Under the pieces are notes generated by a model. It was not told the DNA's origin, searched no databases, and saw only the letters and a list, made by a program, of their open reading frames with translations. A stretch of DNA of 64,000 bases, from NCBI RefSeq assembly GCF_045037415.1, contig NZ_CP173438.1; one strand, written 5' to 3'. Shown here piece after piece: positions 18,727-28,794 of this stretch. A program made the translations under genes and the position numbers. The stretch comes from Escherichia coli (lineage in GTDB: Bacteria > Pseudomonadota > Gammaproteobacteria > Enterobacterales > Enterobacteriaceae). Each line of letters begins with the position of its first letter. Position 1 is the first letter of the stretch.

Positions 18727-20505
18727 ATGGAGCTTGCGACTACGCAGTCAGTATTGATGCAAATTCAACCAACAATTCAGCGTTTTGCCAGAATGCTTGC
18801 CAGCGTTTTGCAGCTTGAGGTTGAGATCGTTGATGAAAACTTGTGTCGCGTCGCCGGAACGGGCGCGTATGGGAAGTTTCTTGGCCGCCAGTTGAGCGGC
18901 AACTCACGTCTGCTCCGCCACGTCCTGGAAACGAAAACTGAAAAAGTTGTGACACAGTCTCGCTTCGATCCCCTTTGTGAAGGTTGCGATAGTAAAGAAA
19001 ATTGCCGCGAAAAAGCATTTCTGGGTACGCCAGTCATTTTACAGGATCGTTGTGTTGGGGTGATAAGTTTGATTGCCGTTACCCACGAGCAACAAGAACA
19101 TATCAGTGATAATTTACGCGAATTTTCCGATTACGTTCGCCATATATCCACCATTTTTGTTTCTAAACTTCTGGAGGATCAGGGACCAGGAGATAACATC
19201 AGTAAAATATTCGCGACCATGATCGATAATATGGATCAGGGCGTGTTAGTGGTTGATGCTGATAATCGGGTTCAGTTTGTTAATCAGACAGCTTTAAAAA
19301 CACTCGGTGTTGTACAAAATAATATTATTGGAAAACCTGTTCGTTTCAGACCATTAACATTTGAGAGTAATTTTACCCATGGTCATATGCAACATATTGT
19401 TTCGTGGGATGATAAAAGTGAATTAATCATTGGTCAGTTGCATAACATCCAGGGCCGACAACTATTTTTAATGGCGTTTCACCAATCGCATACCAGTTTT
19501 TCTGTAGCAAATGCACCTGATGAACCGCATATTGAACAATTGGTTGGCGAGTGCCGTGTTATGCGGCAATTAAAACGACTCATTAGCCGTATTGCACCCA
19601 GCCCATCCAGCGTTATGGTGGTTGGTGAAAGCGGCACGGGTAAAGAAGTCGTCGCCCGTGCAATCCATAAGTTGAGCGGAAGACGGAATAAACCCTTTAT
19701 TGCTATCAACTGTGCCGCGATTCCGGAACAGCTTCTGGAGAGCGAACTGTTCGGTTATGTTAAAGGCGCATTTACTGGCGCTTCTGCCAACGGTAAAACA
19801 GGGTTGATTCAGGCGGCGAATACGGGCACGCTGTTTCTCGATGAAATTGGTGATATGCCATTAATGTTGCAGGCTAAATTACTGCGCGCTATTGAGGCGC
19901 GTGAAATTCTGCCGATTGGTGCCAGTAGCCCAATACAAGTCGACATCCGCATCATTTCTGCAACTAATCAGAATTTGGCCCAGTTCATTGCCGAAGGTAA
20001 ATTCCGCGAAGATCTCTTCTACCGACTTAATGTTATCCCGATAACTCTTCCACCGCTGCGTGAACGTCAGGAAGATATTGAATTACTAGTGCATTACTTT
20101 TTACATCTGCATACCCGTCGTCTGGGATCGGTTTATCCTGGCATTGCTCCTGATGTCGTCGAAATATTGCGTAAGCATCGTTGGCCCGGAAACCTGCGCG
20201 AGTTAAGCAATTTGATGGAATATCTGGTTAACGTTGTTCCTTCAGGTGAAGTTATCGACAGCACGCTATTGCCGCCAAATCTGCTGAATAATGGCACAAC
20301 GGAGCAAAGTGATGTAACAGAGGCCAGTGAGGCGCACCTGTCACTCGATGATGCGGGCGGCACGGCGCTGGAAGAGATGGAAAAGCAAATGATCCGCGAG
20401 GCGCTTTCACGTCATAACAGCAAGAAGGAAGTTGCTGATGAACTGGGCATCGGCATTGCTACGCTCTATCGCAAGATTAAGAAATATGAGTTGTTAAACA
20501 CATAA
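18727..20505 (+). CDS. ygeV: Sigma-54-dependent transcriptional activator (bacterial enhancer-binding protein) with N-terminal sensor domain
   Basis: 592 aa; Walker A GESGTGKE, GAFTGA sigma-54 contact motif, C-terminal HTH. Confidence 0.95.
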   Translation: MELATTQSVLMQIQPTIQRFARMLASVLQLEVEIVDENLCRVAGTGAYGKFLGRQLSGNSRLLRHVLETKTEKVVTQSRFDPLCEGCDSKENCREKAFLGTPVILQDRCVGVISLIAVTHEQQEHISDNLREFSDYVRHISTIFVSKLLEDQGPGDNISKIFATMIDNMDQGVLVVDADNRVQFVNQTALKTLGVVQNNIIGKPVRFRPLTFESNFTHGHMQHIVSWDDKSELIIGQLHNIQGRQLFLMAFHQSHTSFSVANAPDEPHIEQLVGECRVMRQLKRLISRIAPSPSSVMVVGESGTGKEVVARAIHKLSGRRNKPFIAINCAAIPEQLLESELFGYVKGAFTGASANGKTGLIQAANTGTLFLDEIGDMPLMLQAKLLRAIEAREILPIGASSPIQVDIRIISATNQNLAQFIAEGKFREDLFYRLNVIPITLPPLRERQEDIELLVHYFLHLHTRRLGSVYPGIAPDVVEILRKHRWPGNLRELSNLMEYLVNVVPSGEVIDSTLLPPNLLNNGTTEQSDVTEASEAHLSLDDAGGTALEEMEKQMIREALSRHNSKKEVADELGIGIATLYRKIKKYELLNT

Positions 20506-20514
20506 CCTCTGAGA

Positions 20515-20538
20515 ATCCGGCCTGAATTCAGGCCGGAT
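20515..20538. terminator. Hairpin terminator between convergent ygeV and xdhC
   Basis: Perfect palindrome ATCCGGCCTG-aatt-CAGGCCGGAT followed by ATCTTTT on the plus strand. Confidence 0.6.
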
Positions 20539-20543
20539 ATCTT

Positions 20544-21023
20544 TTACTTTGTTTTCTCGCAATCCAGAACTGTATTTACAATCATCTGATACCCCGTGCA
20601 GCGACAAAGATTTCCCGCCAGTCCACGACGAATTTCCGTAATGGTTAATGGCTTCTCGCGTGGTTTCGCCAGCATTGCCGTGGTAGCCATAATCAGGCCC
20701 GGCGTACAAAACCCGCATTGCACTGCACCAGATTTCGCATAAGCCAGTTGGACATGAGAAAGTTTACCGCCTTTCGCTTCACCTTCCAGCGTGCGGATCT
20801 CTTTTCCTTCAGCCCAGGCCGCAAGGAATAAGCAACTGTCTATCGCAGTGCCGTCGACCAGCACCGTACAGGCACCACATTCACCCACGCAGCACCCTTG
20901 TTTGACACTTAGCAGTCCTTGTTCGCGGAGTAATTCCGAGAGCGGCGTGCCTGGTGCGGCGTGAAGCTGAAAAGGCATCCCGTTAATGGTGCATTCGATG
21001 GTAATTGTTTCGCTGTGATTCAT
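20544..21023 (-). CDS. xdhC: [2Fe-2S] iron-sulfur subunit of xanthine dehydrogenase
   Basis: 159 aa; [11 protein letters not shown] and CGFCTPG...CRCTGY cluster motifs. Confidence 0.95.
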   Translation of the reverse strand: MNHSETITIECTINGMPFQLHAAPGTPLSELLREQGLLSVKQGCCVGECGACTVLVDGTAIDSCLFLAAWAEGKEIRTLEGEAKGGKLSHVQLAYAKSGAVQCGFCTPGLIMATTAMLAKPREKPLTITEIRRGLAGNLCRCTGYQMIVNTVLDCEKTK

Positions 21024-21897
21024 TGCAATTTCCCCCCGCCGCGGCGACGGCTTCGCTAATCACTTTTTTGGTCATCGTCTGGATGAGATGCAGACGAAAC
21101 TCTTTACTGGCCCGCCATGACGAACGCGGGGCGACATCTTGCAGGACTGATTCGCTGATGGCTTCCAGCGTTTGCAGGTTTAATGGCGCATTTTGTGCAG
21201 TCTGTTCGGCATGTTGGCAGCGAATCGGCGTTGGCGCGGCAACACCAAATGCCAGGCGTAATTCGCTGAAATTGCCGTTATCCAGTCGGCAATGTGCGGC
21301 GCAGCCAATTGTTGAAATATCCATTGCGTCGCGCATGGCATATTTAAAATGCGCGCTGCCCGCGTGTTCTTTCGGCTGTGGCGGAAAATGAAAGGCGACA
21401 AGGATTTCGTCATGCTCAAGAGACACTTTGCCCGGCCCGGTGTGAAAGCCATTAATCGGGACGAAACGAACACCGCGCGGGGAGTGGATCTCCAGTTTCG
21501 CGTCATAAATTAGCGTTGGCGTGGCAGAATCTGCGCTGGTGGCACCGTTGCAAATATTTCCGCCGTAGGTGGCGACATTACGGATCTGCGGCCCGGCGAT
21601 TGATGCAGCCGCAGCACATAACGCCGGGAGATGACGTTGAGTTACAGGATCTTCAATGAGCTGGGTAAATGTCGTTGCAGAGCCGATACGTAGCGCGCCA
21701 TCTTCCGCCAGCGTAATTCCCCGCAGCTCCGCCAGATTATGAATATCAACAATATGGCGATAACGGTCATTGTGATGGTGAAGCTGTATCAGTACGTCAG
21801 TGCCACCGGCGAGCAGTTTGGCCTGCGGGTTGTCAGTCAGCAGGTTGATGGCATCGGCAAGGGTTGCTGCGCGATGGTAAGAAGCAAAATCAAACAT
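20983..21897 (-). CDS. xdhB: FAD-binding subunit of xanthine dehydrogenase; here 304 aa with altered C-terminus (possible frameshift)
   Basis: [13 protein letters not shown] motif; ORF extends 41 nt into xdhC; expected length 292 aa by recall. Confidence 0.85.
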   Translation of the reverse strand: MFDFASYHRAATLADAINLLTDNPQAKLLAGGTDVLIQLHHHNDRYRHIVDIHNLAELRGITLAEDGALRIGSATTFTQLIEDPVTQRHLPALCAAAASIAGPQIRNVATYGGNICNGATSADSATPTLIYDAKLEIHSPRGVRFVPINGFHTGPGKVSLEHDEILVAFHFPPQPKEHAGSAHFKYAMRDAMDISTIGCAAHCRLDNGNFSELRLAFGVAAPTPIRCQHAEQTAQNAPLNLQTLEAISESVLQDVAPRSSWRASKEFRLHLIQTMTKKVISEAVAAAGGNCNESQRNNYHRMHH

Positions 21898-21907
21898 GAT
21901 GTTATCC

Positions 21908-24166
21908 TCAAATCAATCCTGCCAGATGGAATTCTTCATATAATCGTTTTGGCGTTAGCGGCAGTGTATTGATTGCAACACCGGTAGCCATCTTCACCGC
22001 GTTACGAATAGCAGCGGCTACAGGAATTATGGGTGGCTCACCCAGTGACTTATGTCCGTATGCGGATTGCGGCTCATTGATTTCGACGAACGCGCTTTCC
22101 AGTTGTGGCAGATCCGGCATGGTCGGCATTTTGTAATCCAGCAGATTGGGGTTACGGACCACGCCGCTTTTCGCATCGATGATCATCTCTTCAAATAGCG
22201 CCCAGCCAATGCCCATCCCCATTCCGCCGTGTACCTGACCTTCTGCCAGCAGCGGATTAAGAATATGGCCCGAATCATGAACGTTGAGGATGCGGTTGAT
22301 GGTTACTTTACACAGTGCAATATCGACCGTCAGATCAACAAAGGTACAGCCAAACGCCGGTGGGTTAGTGGTGGTTTTGATGGAGCTTTCGGCAGAGAGC
22401 TGCCCGCCGCGTTCAGGGTGGTAGAAAGCGTCCATCGCCAAATCTTTTAACGACATTAACGGCTCTTCCGGTCGTTCAACCAGCACGATATGGCCTTTTA
22501 TCAGGGTCAGATTCATCGCTGACTGATGTAGCATGACTGCGGCGTGAGCGATGATTTTCTCTTTTAATAACAGTGCCGCACTGCGCAGCGCAGGCGCGGC
22601 AACATAGCTCTGACGTGAGGCAAATGCGCCGGGGTCGAATGGTGTAACGTCGGTGTCTTGTGTCGAAATTACGCGGACATCGCTGACCGGAACTCCCACG
22701 GTTTCTGCCACCATTTGCGAGAACACGGTGTCGGCACCCTGGCCGATTTCCGTCGCGCCGCTTTGCACGTTGATGGTTCCATCCTGATTCATCAACAGGC
22801 GCGCGCCTGCTATTTCTACGCCGACAGGCCAGGTGTTAGAGGTGTAGCTAAAACAGGCGACGCCAACGCCACGACGTAAATTGCCTTGCTGGTTCTGGCA
22901 CTCTGCACGGCGTTTTTCCCATTCAAAGATTTTCCGGCCTTTTTCAAGACACTCCGGCAACCCTGCGCTGTAAATACGTTTTCCCGTGAGCGGATTAGCA
23001 TCTCCTTCGCGGGCGGCGTTGCGTAAACGAATTTCAACAGGATCAATACCTAACGCTGTCGCGGCATCATCAAGCATAGACTCAACGGCAAATACGACTT
23101 GTGGCGCGCCATAACCACGCATCGCACCAGCCGAGGGGAGGTTGGTATAGCAGGTCTTTGAACTGTAAGCGTAGGCACAACGAGGATAAAGGTAAGCGAC
23201 TTTATTCCCCCCAGCAGAAGCAATGGAGTGCCCGTGAGATGCATAAGCGCCGGTGTTAGACAGAACATCCAGACTATAACCTTTCAATGTTCCGTCGCGG
23301 TTCACGCCCATTTGCCCGTCAATAGTAAAAGCGTGGCGGGTACGGGTTGCGAGGAAACACTCTTCACGGCTAAGAGAAACTTTCACCGGAATGCCGCCAA
23401 GTTTGCTTGTCAGGAATGCCGCCATTGGCTCTTCCAGTACATCCTGTTTATTACCAAAACCGCCACCGATAAACGGTTTGATGACTCGTACGCATGACCA
23501 GGGAATATCCAGCGCCTGACCAACCACGCGGCGAACAATGTGCGGGATCTGGGTGCTGGAAACGATGGTAATTCGCGAGTCATCCTCCATCCATGCCAGC
23601 GATGTCACGCTTTCCATATGACAATGTTGAATAACGGGCGTCTGATAGTGCCCCTGTACCTGGTAGTCGGCGGCATCGATTGTTTGTTGGACATTACCCG
23701 TCGACATCGTGCTTTGTTTCAGTAAATTGCCACCGTTATGGATTGGTGCAGCGTCTTCTGCCAGCGCCGCTTCTGACGAGGTGATAACGGGTAATTCTTG
23801 CCACTCAATGCTGACCAATTGCACCGCTTTTTCTGCCGTGAGTTCATCGCGGGCTACGACGATGGCAACGGCGTCACCATGATGACGAACATGACGCGTT
23901 AGCAGGGCACGATCGGCAGTATCGCGCTTGTTTTCGTCAAGTGTCCAGGCATGCCCTGCCGTGGCGAATGGGATTTCTGGCACATCTTCCCAGGTAAAAA
24001 TCGCCAGGACGCCCGGCAAACTCCTGGCTTGTTCATCATTAATACTTACGGCATAACCATGTGCGATAGGGCTACGTACATATTTCGCGTAACACATGCC
24101 CGCCATAACATAATCGTCAGTATATCGTGCCCGCCCGGTGACCTTAGCAATGGCATCGACGCGCAT
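21908..24166 (-). CDS. xdhA: Molybdopterin-binding subunit of xanthine dehydrogenase
   Basis: Start chosen at MRVDAIAKVTGRARYTDDY (752 aa) rather than the 765-aa upstream start; GGGFGNK motif. Confidence 0.93.
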   Translation of the reverse strand: MRVDAIAKVTGRARYTDDYVMAGMCYAKYVRSPIAHGYAVSINDEQARSLPGVLAIFTWEDVPEIPFATAGHAWTLDENKRDTADRALLTRHVRHHGDAVAIVVARDELTAEKAVQLVSIEWQELPVITSSEAALAEDAAPIHNGGNLLKQSTMSTGNVQQTIDAADYQVQGHYQTPVIQHCHMESVTSLAWMEDDSRITIVSSTQIPHIVRRVVGQALDIPWSCVRVIKPFIGGGFGNKQDVLEEPMAAFLTSKLGGIPVKVSLSREECFLATRTRHAFTIDGQMGVNRDGTLKGYSLDVLSNTGAYASHGHSIASAGGNKVAYLYPRCAYAYSSKTCYTNLPSAGAMRGYGAPQVVFAVESMLDDAATALGIDPVEIRLRNAAREGDANPLTGKRIYSAGLPECLEKGRKIFEWEKRRAECQNQQGNLRRGVGVACFSYTSNTWPVGVEIAGARLLMNQDGTINVQSGATEIGQGADTVFSQMVAETVGVPVSDVRVISTQDTDVTPFDPGAFASRQSYVAAPALRSAALLLKEKIIAHAAVMLHQSAMNLTLIKGHIVLVERPEEPLMSLKDLAMDAFYHPERGGQLSAESSIKTTTNPPAFGCTFVDLTVDIALCKVTINRILNVHDSGHILNPLLAEGQVHGGMGMGIGWALFEEMIIDAKSGVVRNPNLLDYKMPTMPDLPQLESAFVEINEPQSAYGHKSLGEPPIIPVAAAIRNAVKMATGVAINTLPLTPKRLYEEFHLAGLI

Positions 24167-24260
24167 GCATGATTCACCCGTAGCGGTTGCTTCCCGCGCT
24201 TCCATAGAAATCCCCTCGGTTTGAACATTTGGTTCTTATGGCAAAGATTTAGTCTTAGCA

Positions 24261-24276
24261 GGCAAGAATTACGCCA
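24261..24276 (-). promoter_or_regulatory. Weak candidate sigma-54 promoter upstream of xdhA
   Basis: Minus strand TGGCGTAATTCTTGCC; GG-N10-GC spacing preserved. Confidence 0.2.
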
Positions 24277-24618
24277 GAAACGACTATATGCGTGAGGGGA
24301 GGAAGGAAGTGTGATGACGTTAAAAAAACACAGATATGATACGAAACAGGACTCTGAATAGGGACAGTGATACGTATCAATATGAGTGGCGATAAAATCA
24401 ATGTGATAAATTAGGATTATTACGCATCAAGGTGGGAAATAGGGTAAAAGTCAGGAAATTCGATACCACTACAGCAAATATTTTGCTGATGATACTTCCC
24501 TTTGCCAAATGAAATTAACCTCTTTCTCTATTACATCGTTTTTCCAGAAGCAAGAGATTGGGTATCAAGAGGCTGGCTGCTATGATATGGCGTCTTGTTT
24601 TTTAAGCGAGGAAAGATT

Positions 24619-25374
24619 TTGAGTGCGGGACGCCTGAATAAAAAATCTCTGGGTATCGTGATGTTGTTATCGGTTGGACTGCTTTTGGCGGGCTGTTCGG
24701 GTAGCAAATCATCCGATACAGGAACGTATTCCGGCTCCGTTTACACCGTGAAACGGGGGGATACGCTATATCGTATTTCGCGCACCACGGGAACCAGCGT
24801 AAAAGAACTGGCGCGACTGAACGGCATTTCCCCCCCTTACACCATTGAAGTAGGTCAGAAACTAAAACTGGGTGGGGCGAAAAGTAGCAGTAGTACACGT
24901 AAATCAACCGCCAAATCCACGACCAAAACCGCATCGGTTACACCGTCATCAGCGGTACCGAAATCTTCCTGGCCGCCAGTAGGGCAACGTTGTTGGTTAT
25001 GGCCAACGACAGGGAAAGTTATCATGCCGTATTCGACAGCAGATGGCGGCAATAAAGGGATTGATATCTCAGCTCCACGAGGTACACCTATTTACGCCGC
25101 GGGTGCAGGAAAGGTGGTGTATGTGGGCAACCAGCTGCGTGGCTACGGTAATCTCATCATGATTAAACACAGTGAAGATTACATTACGGCTTACGCTCAT
25201 AATGACACGATGCTGGTAAATAATGGGCAAAGCGTGAAGGCTGGGCAAAAAATCGCCACTATGGGGAGCACTGATGCGGCATCTGTTCGCCTGCATTTCC
25301 AGATTCGTTACCGTGCAACGGCAATTGATCCGCTACGTTACTTGCCGCCTCAGGGCAGCAAGCCAAAATGCTGA
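24619..25374 (+). CDS. ygeR: LysM plus M23/LytM-domain lipoprotein (amidase-activator type)
   Basis: Lipobox LLAGCS, LysM segment YTVKRGDTLYRISR, C-terminal M23-like domain; TTG start at 24619 chosen to give 251 aa, alternative ATG at 24595. Confidence 0.85.
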   Translation: MSAGRLNKKSLGIVMLLSVGLLLAGCSGSKSSDTGTYSGSVYTVKRGDTLYRISRTTGTSVKELARLNGISPPYTIEVGQKLKLGGAKSSSSTRKSTAKSTTKTASVTPSSAVPKSSWPPVGQRCWLWPTTGKVIMPYSTADGGNKGIDISAPRGTPIYAAGAGKVVYVGNQLRGYGNLIMIKHSEDYITAYAHNDTMLVNNGQSVKAGQKIATMGSTDAASVRLHFQIRYRATAIDPLRYLPPQGSKPKC

Positions 25375-25452
25375 TGGCGAATTAATCAGCAGTCAGCAGC
25401 GTGGTACTTGCTAAGGAGAGCGTAAGGTTTATAATGCCTTACGCATCTCGAA

Positions 25453-25526
25453 GCGGGCGTAGTTCAATGGTAGAACGAGAGCTTCCCAAGCTCTATACGA
25501 GGGTTCGATTCCCTTCGCCCGCTCCA
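25453..25526 (+). tRNA. glyU: tRNA-Gly (anticodon CCC)
   Basis: GCGGGCGTAGTTCAATGGTAGAACGAGAGCTTCCCAAGCTCTATACGAGGGTTCGATTCCCTTCGCCCGCTCCA; cloverleaf with 7-bp acceptor stem, CCC anticodon, encoded CCA. Confidence 0.95.
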
Positions 25527-25797
25527 ATTTATCTTCACATCATCTACCTGCCATTTTTGTTGTATCTGATTTTCTATATTATCTTAATTCAAGCGCTTCA
25601 GACTTTTCGCAATCGCCGTAATACTTCCCCATTTTTTTGTAAATAAAAAGCGTTTACGCAATGCAATCGTCATGTATCTTAAATAGTCTTATTTAAGATG
25701 TTCAGAACTCTTTGTGTGTTTAACTGGCTGATAATTATATAATATTACGAGAGAAGTGATAGAGCGGAATAATAACAAATGAACATTATGAAAACTG

Positions 25798-25832
25798 GGA
25801 TGGTTCAAAATTGAAGCAATTTTGAACCATCC
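25798..25832 (-). terminator. Rho-independent terminator after yqeG
   Basis: Perfect hairpin GGATGGTTCAAAATT-gaagc-AATTTTGAACCATCC, followed on the minus strand by CAGTTTTC. Confidence 0.55.
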
Positions 25833-25842
25833 ACAACGGATA

Positions 25843-27072
25843 TTAGCTAAAGAACATTACCGATACGCACAGGATACCCACGATCAGGGTAATCAGATTT
25901 CCGATGGAACGCCAGGGTTTAAGCGCCGGGATGAGATACGTTGACAGCGTAGGCATGATGAAAAGTATCATGGCAATGAGCGGGCCGCTGATCGCGTAAA
26001 TCATCGAAATCGCGTTCGGGTTAATGCAACAAACAATGAAGGTAATCAGCGATACCAACATAATTGATAGTGCGCGGTTAAATGCACGACTTTTCTTTAC
26101 ACCAACCTGCTGTAATGTTGTTTTGACGACCTCTGTGGCACCTTCAATAACGCCAAAGTACGTACCCAGGAATGATTTCGACATCGCAACTACTGCGACA
26201 ATAATCCCGGAAATTGACAACCATGCTGGGGCGTTCGGCAGCATAGAAAGCGCCGATAAAATGGTAACCCCTTCTTCTTTAGCCGCTTCAATATACGAAG
26301 GTGGAATAGAAAGCAGGCAGCTAAAGACAAAGAACAATACACTTATGCAGATGATGAGATAAGCGACTTTCATAATTTTTTTGCATTTATCCATAGCATG
26401 TTCGCCATATTTTTCACGTCTGTCTATGGCAAACGTAGAAATAATGGGCGTATGGCTAAAAGCGAAAACCATCACGGGAATCGATATCCATATCTGGTGA
26501 AGGGTATTCTGATTGAACTCTACCTGGGTTGTTAATAGATCAGGTTGCCAACTACCGACCAGGTAAATAGAAAGAAATAAGAAATAGGCAATCAATGGGA
26601 ATACCAAAAATCCCATTACCCGAATAGTGGCATGGCGTCCCATCAGAAAAATGAGATTCAGGATTAATACAACCCCCAGACTCACTAGCATACGGATGCG
26701 AAGATCAATAACCATATGCTTTGCCAGCTGTTCCGTAAGTGAGTTGGTAATTGCCACTGCATATATCAACACGACGACAAAAAAGGCGATGAAGTACAGC
26801 GTGGTAATCAGATTACCAATCTTCTTGCCATAGTAGTGTGTTACCGCGCCCGTTATCCCTTCACCTGCTGATGTTTTCGATGAGAGGATGAACTGGCATA
26901 AGGCTTTATGTGGCCAATATGTTAAAGGCCAGGCGACCAGAGCAGTAATAAACAGGACCACAGCCCCCGCCGAACCTAACTGAATAGGAAGGAAGAGCGT
27001 GCCTGCACCAACGGCTGTGCCGTAGAGTGCGAAACTCCACAGAGTTTCTTCTTTTGACCAAATATTAGACAT
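25843..27072 (-). CDS. yqeG: HAAAP-family amino acid permease
   Basis: 409 aa polytopic membrane protein resembling SdaC/TdcC/Mtr-type transporters. Confidence 0.88.
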   Translation of the reverse strand: MSNIWSKEETLWSFALYGTAVGAGTLFLPIQLGSAGAVVLFITALVAWPLTYWPHKALCQFILSSKTSAGEGITGAVTHYYGKKIGNLITTLYFIAFFVVVLIYAVAITNSLTEQLAKHMVIDLRIRMLVSLGVVLILNLIFLMGRHATIRVMGFLVFPLIAYFLFLSIYLVGSWQPDLLTTQVEFNQNTLHQIWISIPVMVFAFSHTPIISTFAIDRREKYGEHAMDKCKKIMKVAYLIICISVLFFVFSCLLSIPPSYIEAAKEEGVTILSALSMLPNAPAWLSISGIIVAVVAMSKSFLGTYFGVIEGATEVVKTTLQQVGVKKSRAFNRALSIMLVSLITFIVCCINPNAISMIYAISGPLIAMILFIMPTLSTYLIPALKPWRSIGNLITLIVGILCVSVMFFS

Positions 27073-27326
27073 TATCTGAACGTATCATCTACAAATTAAA
27101 CAAAATGGAGGGCAATTTACCATAAACCAGGTTAAGTATGGGAGATTAACGCCTTATCTACCTCTCTATTGGTGGGTTAGTGGTTGCAAACCTTACGTGC
27201 CAGTTATGTCTCTGACTACTACTCAGGCGTATTTCCTTTGTGATAATGGTCACTTTTTTTAAACAATTAAGATAACTGTAATTAACAATCATTTACTATT
27301 GCACTGTTAATTGGTGCGAGGTTGTG

Positions 27327-28508
27327 ATGAAAGACGTTGTGATTGTCGGGGCGTTACGGACACCTATCGGCTGCTTTCGTGGTGCGTTAGCGGGTCATTC
27401 CGCCGTGGAACTTGGCAGCCTGGTCGTCAAAGCGTTAATAGAACGTACCGGCGTTCCTGCATATGCGGTGGATGAAGTGATTCTTGGTCAGGTGTTGACT
27501 GCAGGGGCAGGGCAGAATCCGGCAAGACAATCGGCTATTAAAGGTGGTCTTCCTAATAGCGTTTCTGCAATCACTATTAATGACGTTTGTGGTTCCGGGC
27601 TTAAAGCACTGCATCTGGCTACTCAGGCGATACAGTGTGGCGAGGCTGATATTGTCATCGCCGGTGGCCAGGAAAACATGAGCCGCGCACCACATGTTCT
27701 GACTGATAGCCGCACCGGCGCACAGCTTGGCAATAGCCAGTTGGTTGATAGTCTTGTGCATGATGGGTTGTGGGATGCCTTCAATGATTATCATATTGGT
27801 GTCACCGCCGAAAATCTGGCTCGCGAATATGGCATCAGCCGTCAGTTGCAGGATGCTTACGCACTTAGCTCGCAACAAAAAGCGCGAGCGGCGATTGACG
27901 CCGGACGATTTAAAGATGAGATCGTCCCGGTAATAACCCAAAGTAACGGTCAGACGTTGGTTGTTGATACCGATGAACAGCCACGCACTGACACCAGCGC
28001 AGAAGGCTTAGCCCGTTTAAATCCTTCATTTGATAGTCTCGGTTCTGTGACAGCGGGTAATGCATCATCCATAAACGATGGGGCAGCTGCAGTAATGATG
28101 ATGAGCGAAGCCAAAGCACGAGCGTTGAATTTACCCGTGCTGGCCCGCATCCGCGCATTTGCCAGCGTTGGTGTGGATCCGGCATTGATGGGAATTGCGC
28201 CGGTGTATGCGACCCGCCGTTGCCTGGAGCGTGTTGGCTGGCAGTTGGCTGATGTCGATCTTATCGAGGCTAATGAAGCGTTTGCTGCACAGGCGCTTTC
28301 GGTTGGCAAGATGCTTGAATGGGATGAGCGTCGGGTCAATGTTAATGGTGGTGCGATCGCACTCGGTCACCCGATAGGCGCTTCCGGTTGCCGAATCCTG
28401 GTTTCTCTTGTTCATGAAATGGTGAAACGTAATGCCCGCAAAGGACTGGCAACGCTTTGTATCGGCGGAGGCCAGGGTGTGGCATTGACCATTGAACGTG
28501 ACGAGTAG
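27327..28508 (+). CDS. yqeF: Acetyl-CoA C-acetyltransferase (thiolase)
   Basis: Thiolase signatures VCGSGLKAL and C-terminal CIGGGQGVA; ATG at 27327 chosen (393 aa). Confidence 0.92.
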   Translation: MKDVVIVGALRTPIGCFRGALAGHSAVELGSLVVKALIERTGVPAYAVDEVILGQVLTAGAGQNPARQSAIKGGLPNSVSAITINDVCGSGLKALHLATQAIQCGEADIVIAGGQENMSRAPHVLTDSRTGAQLGNSQLVDSLVHDGLWDAFNDYHIGVTAENLAREYGISRQLQDAYALSSQQKARAAIDAGRFKDEIVPVITQSNGQTLVVDTDEQPRTDTSAEGLARLNPSFDSLGSVTAGNASSINDGAAAVMMMSEAKARALNLPVLARIRAFASVGVDPALMGIAPVYATRRCLERVGWQLADVDLIEANEAFAAQALSVGKMLEWDERRVNVNGGAIALGHPIGASGCRILVSLVHEMVKRNARKGLATLCIGGGQGVALTIERDE

Positions 28509-28664
28509 CTCTGCATTACCTCCTTACCGATAAATATCTGCCGTCATTAATCTGTTGAATAATGATGGCTGGTGAGTCGACATACCTTTTCAGGGCTCCC
28601 TGATTTTTCCATTCTCATGACATATTCGTGATCGACACTGCACTTTTTTTAATCCTTAACTTGA

Positions 28665-28751
28665 AAATGAAACATTGTTTTATTTTTAATTGAAAACCCT
28701 ATCCCATGGGCATATCATCCCCTCATAGAGAAAACGAAACAGTGTTTTATT
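28665..28751. promoter_or_regulatory. Two KdgR-type operators upstream of kduI
   Basis: AAATGAAACATTGTTTTATTT (28665-28685) and AAACGAAACAGTGTTTTATT (28732-28751) match the ATGAAACA-N-TGTTTCAT KdgR box. Confidence 0.55.
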
Positions 28752-28794
28752 ATTGTTTTCTATTTTCACGCTTCACTGATTATCGGAGGTTGAT

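Noticed and set aside
24167-24205. Upstream start giving a 765-aa XdhA
   Set aside because: The internal ATG (MRVDAIAKVTG...) gives the expected 752 aa and leaves room for the promoter; the 13-codon extension has no RBS support.
25401-25646. 81-aa ORF overlapping tRNA-Gly
   Set aside because: It runs through the tRNA gene; an artefact of the six-frame scan.
25527-25842. Possible mobile element, integrase remnant or T3SS genes at the glyU site
   Set aside because: No ORF, no direct repeat of the tRNA 3' end and no IS-like terminal inverted repeats; the site looks empty.
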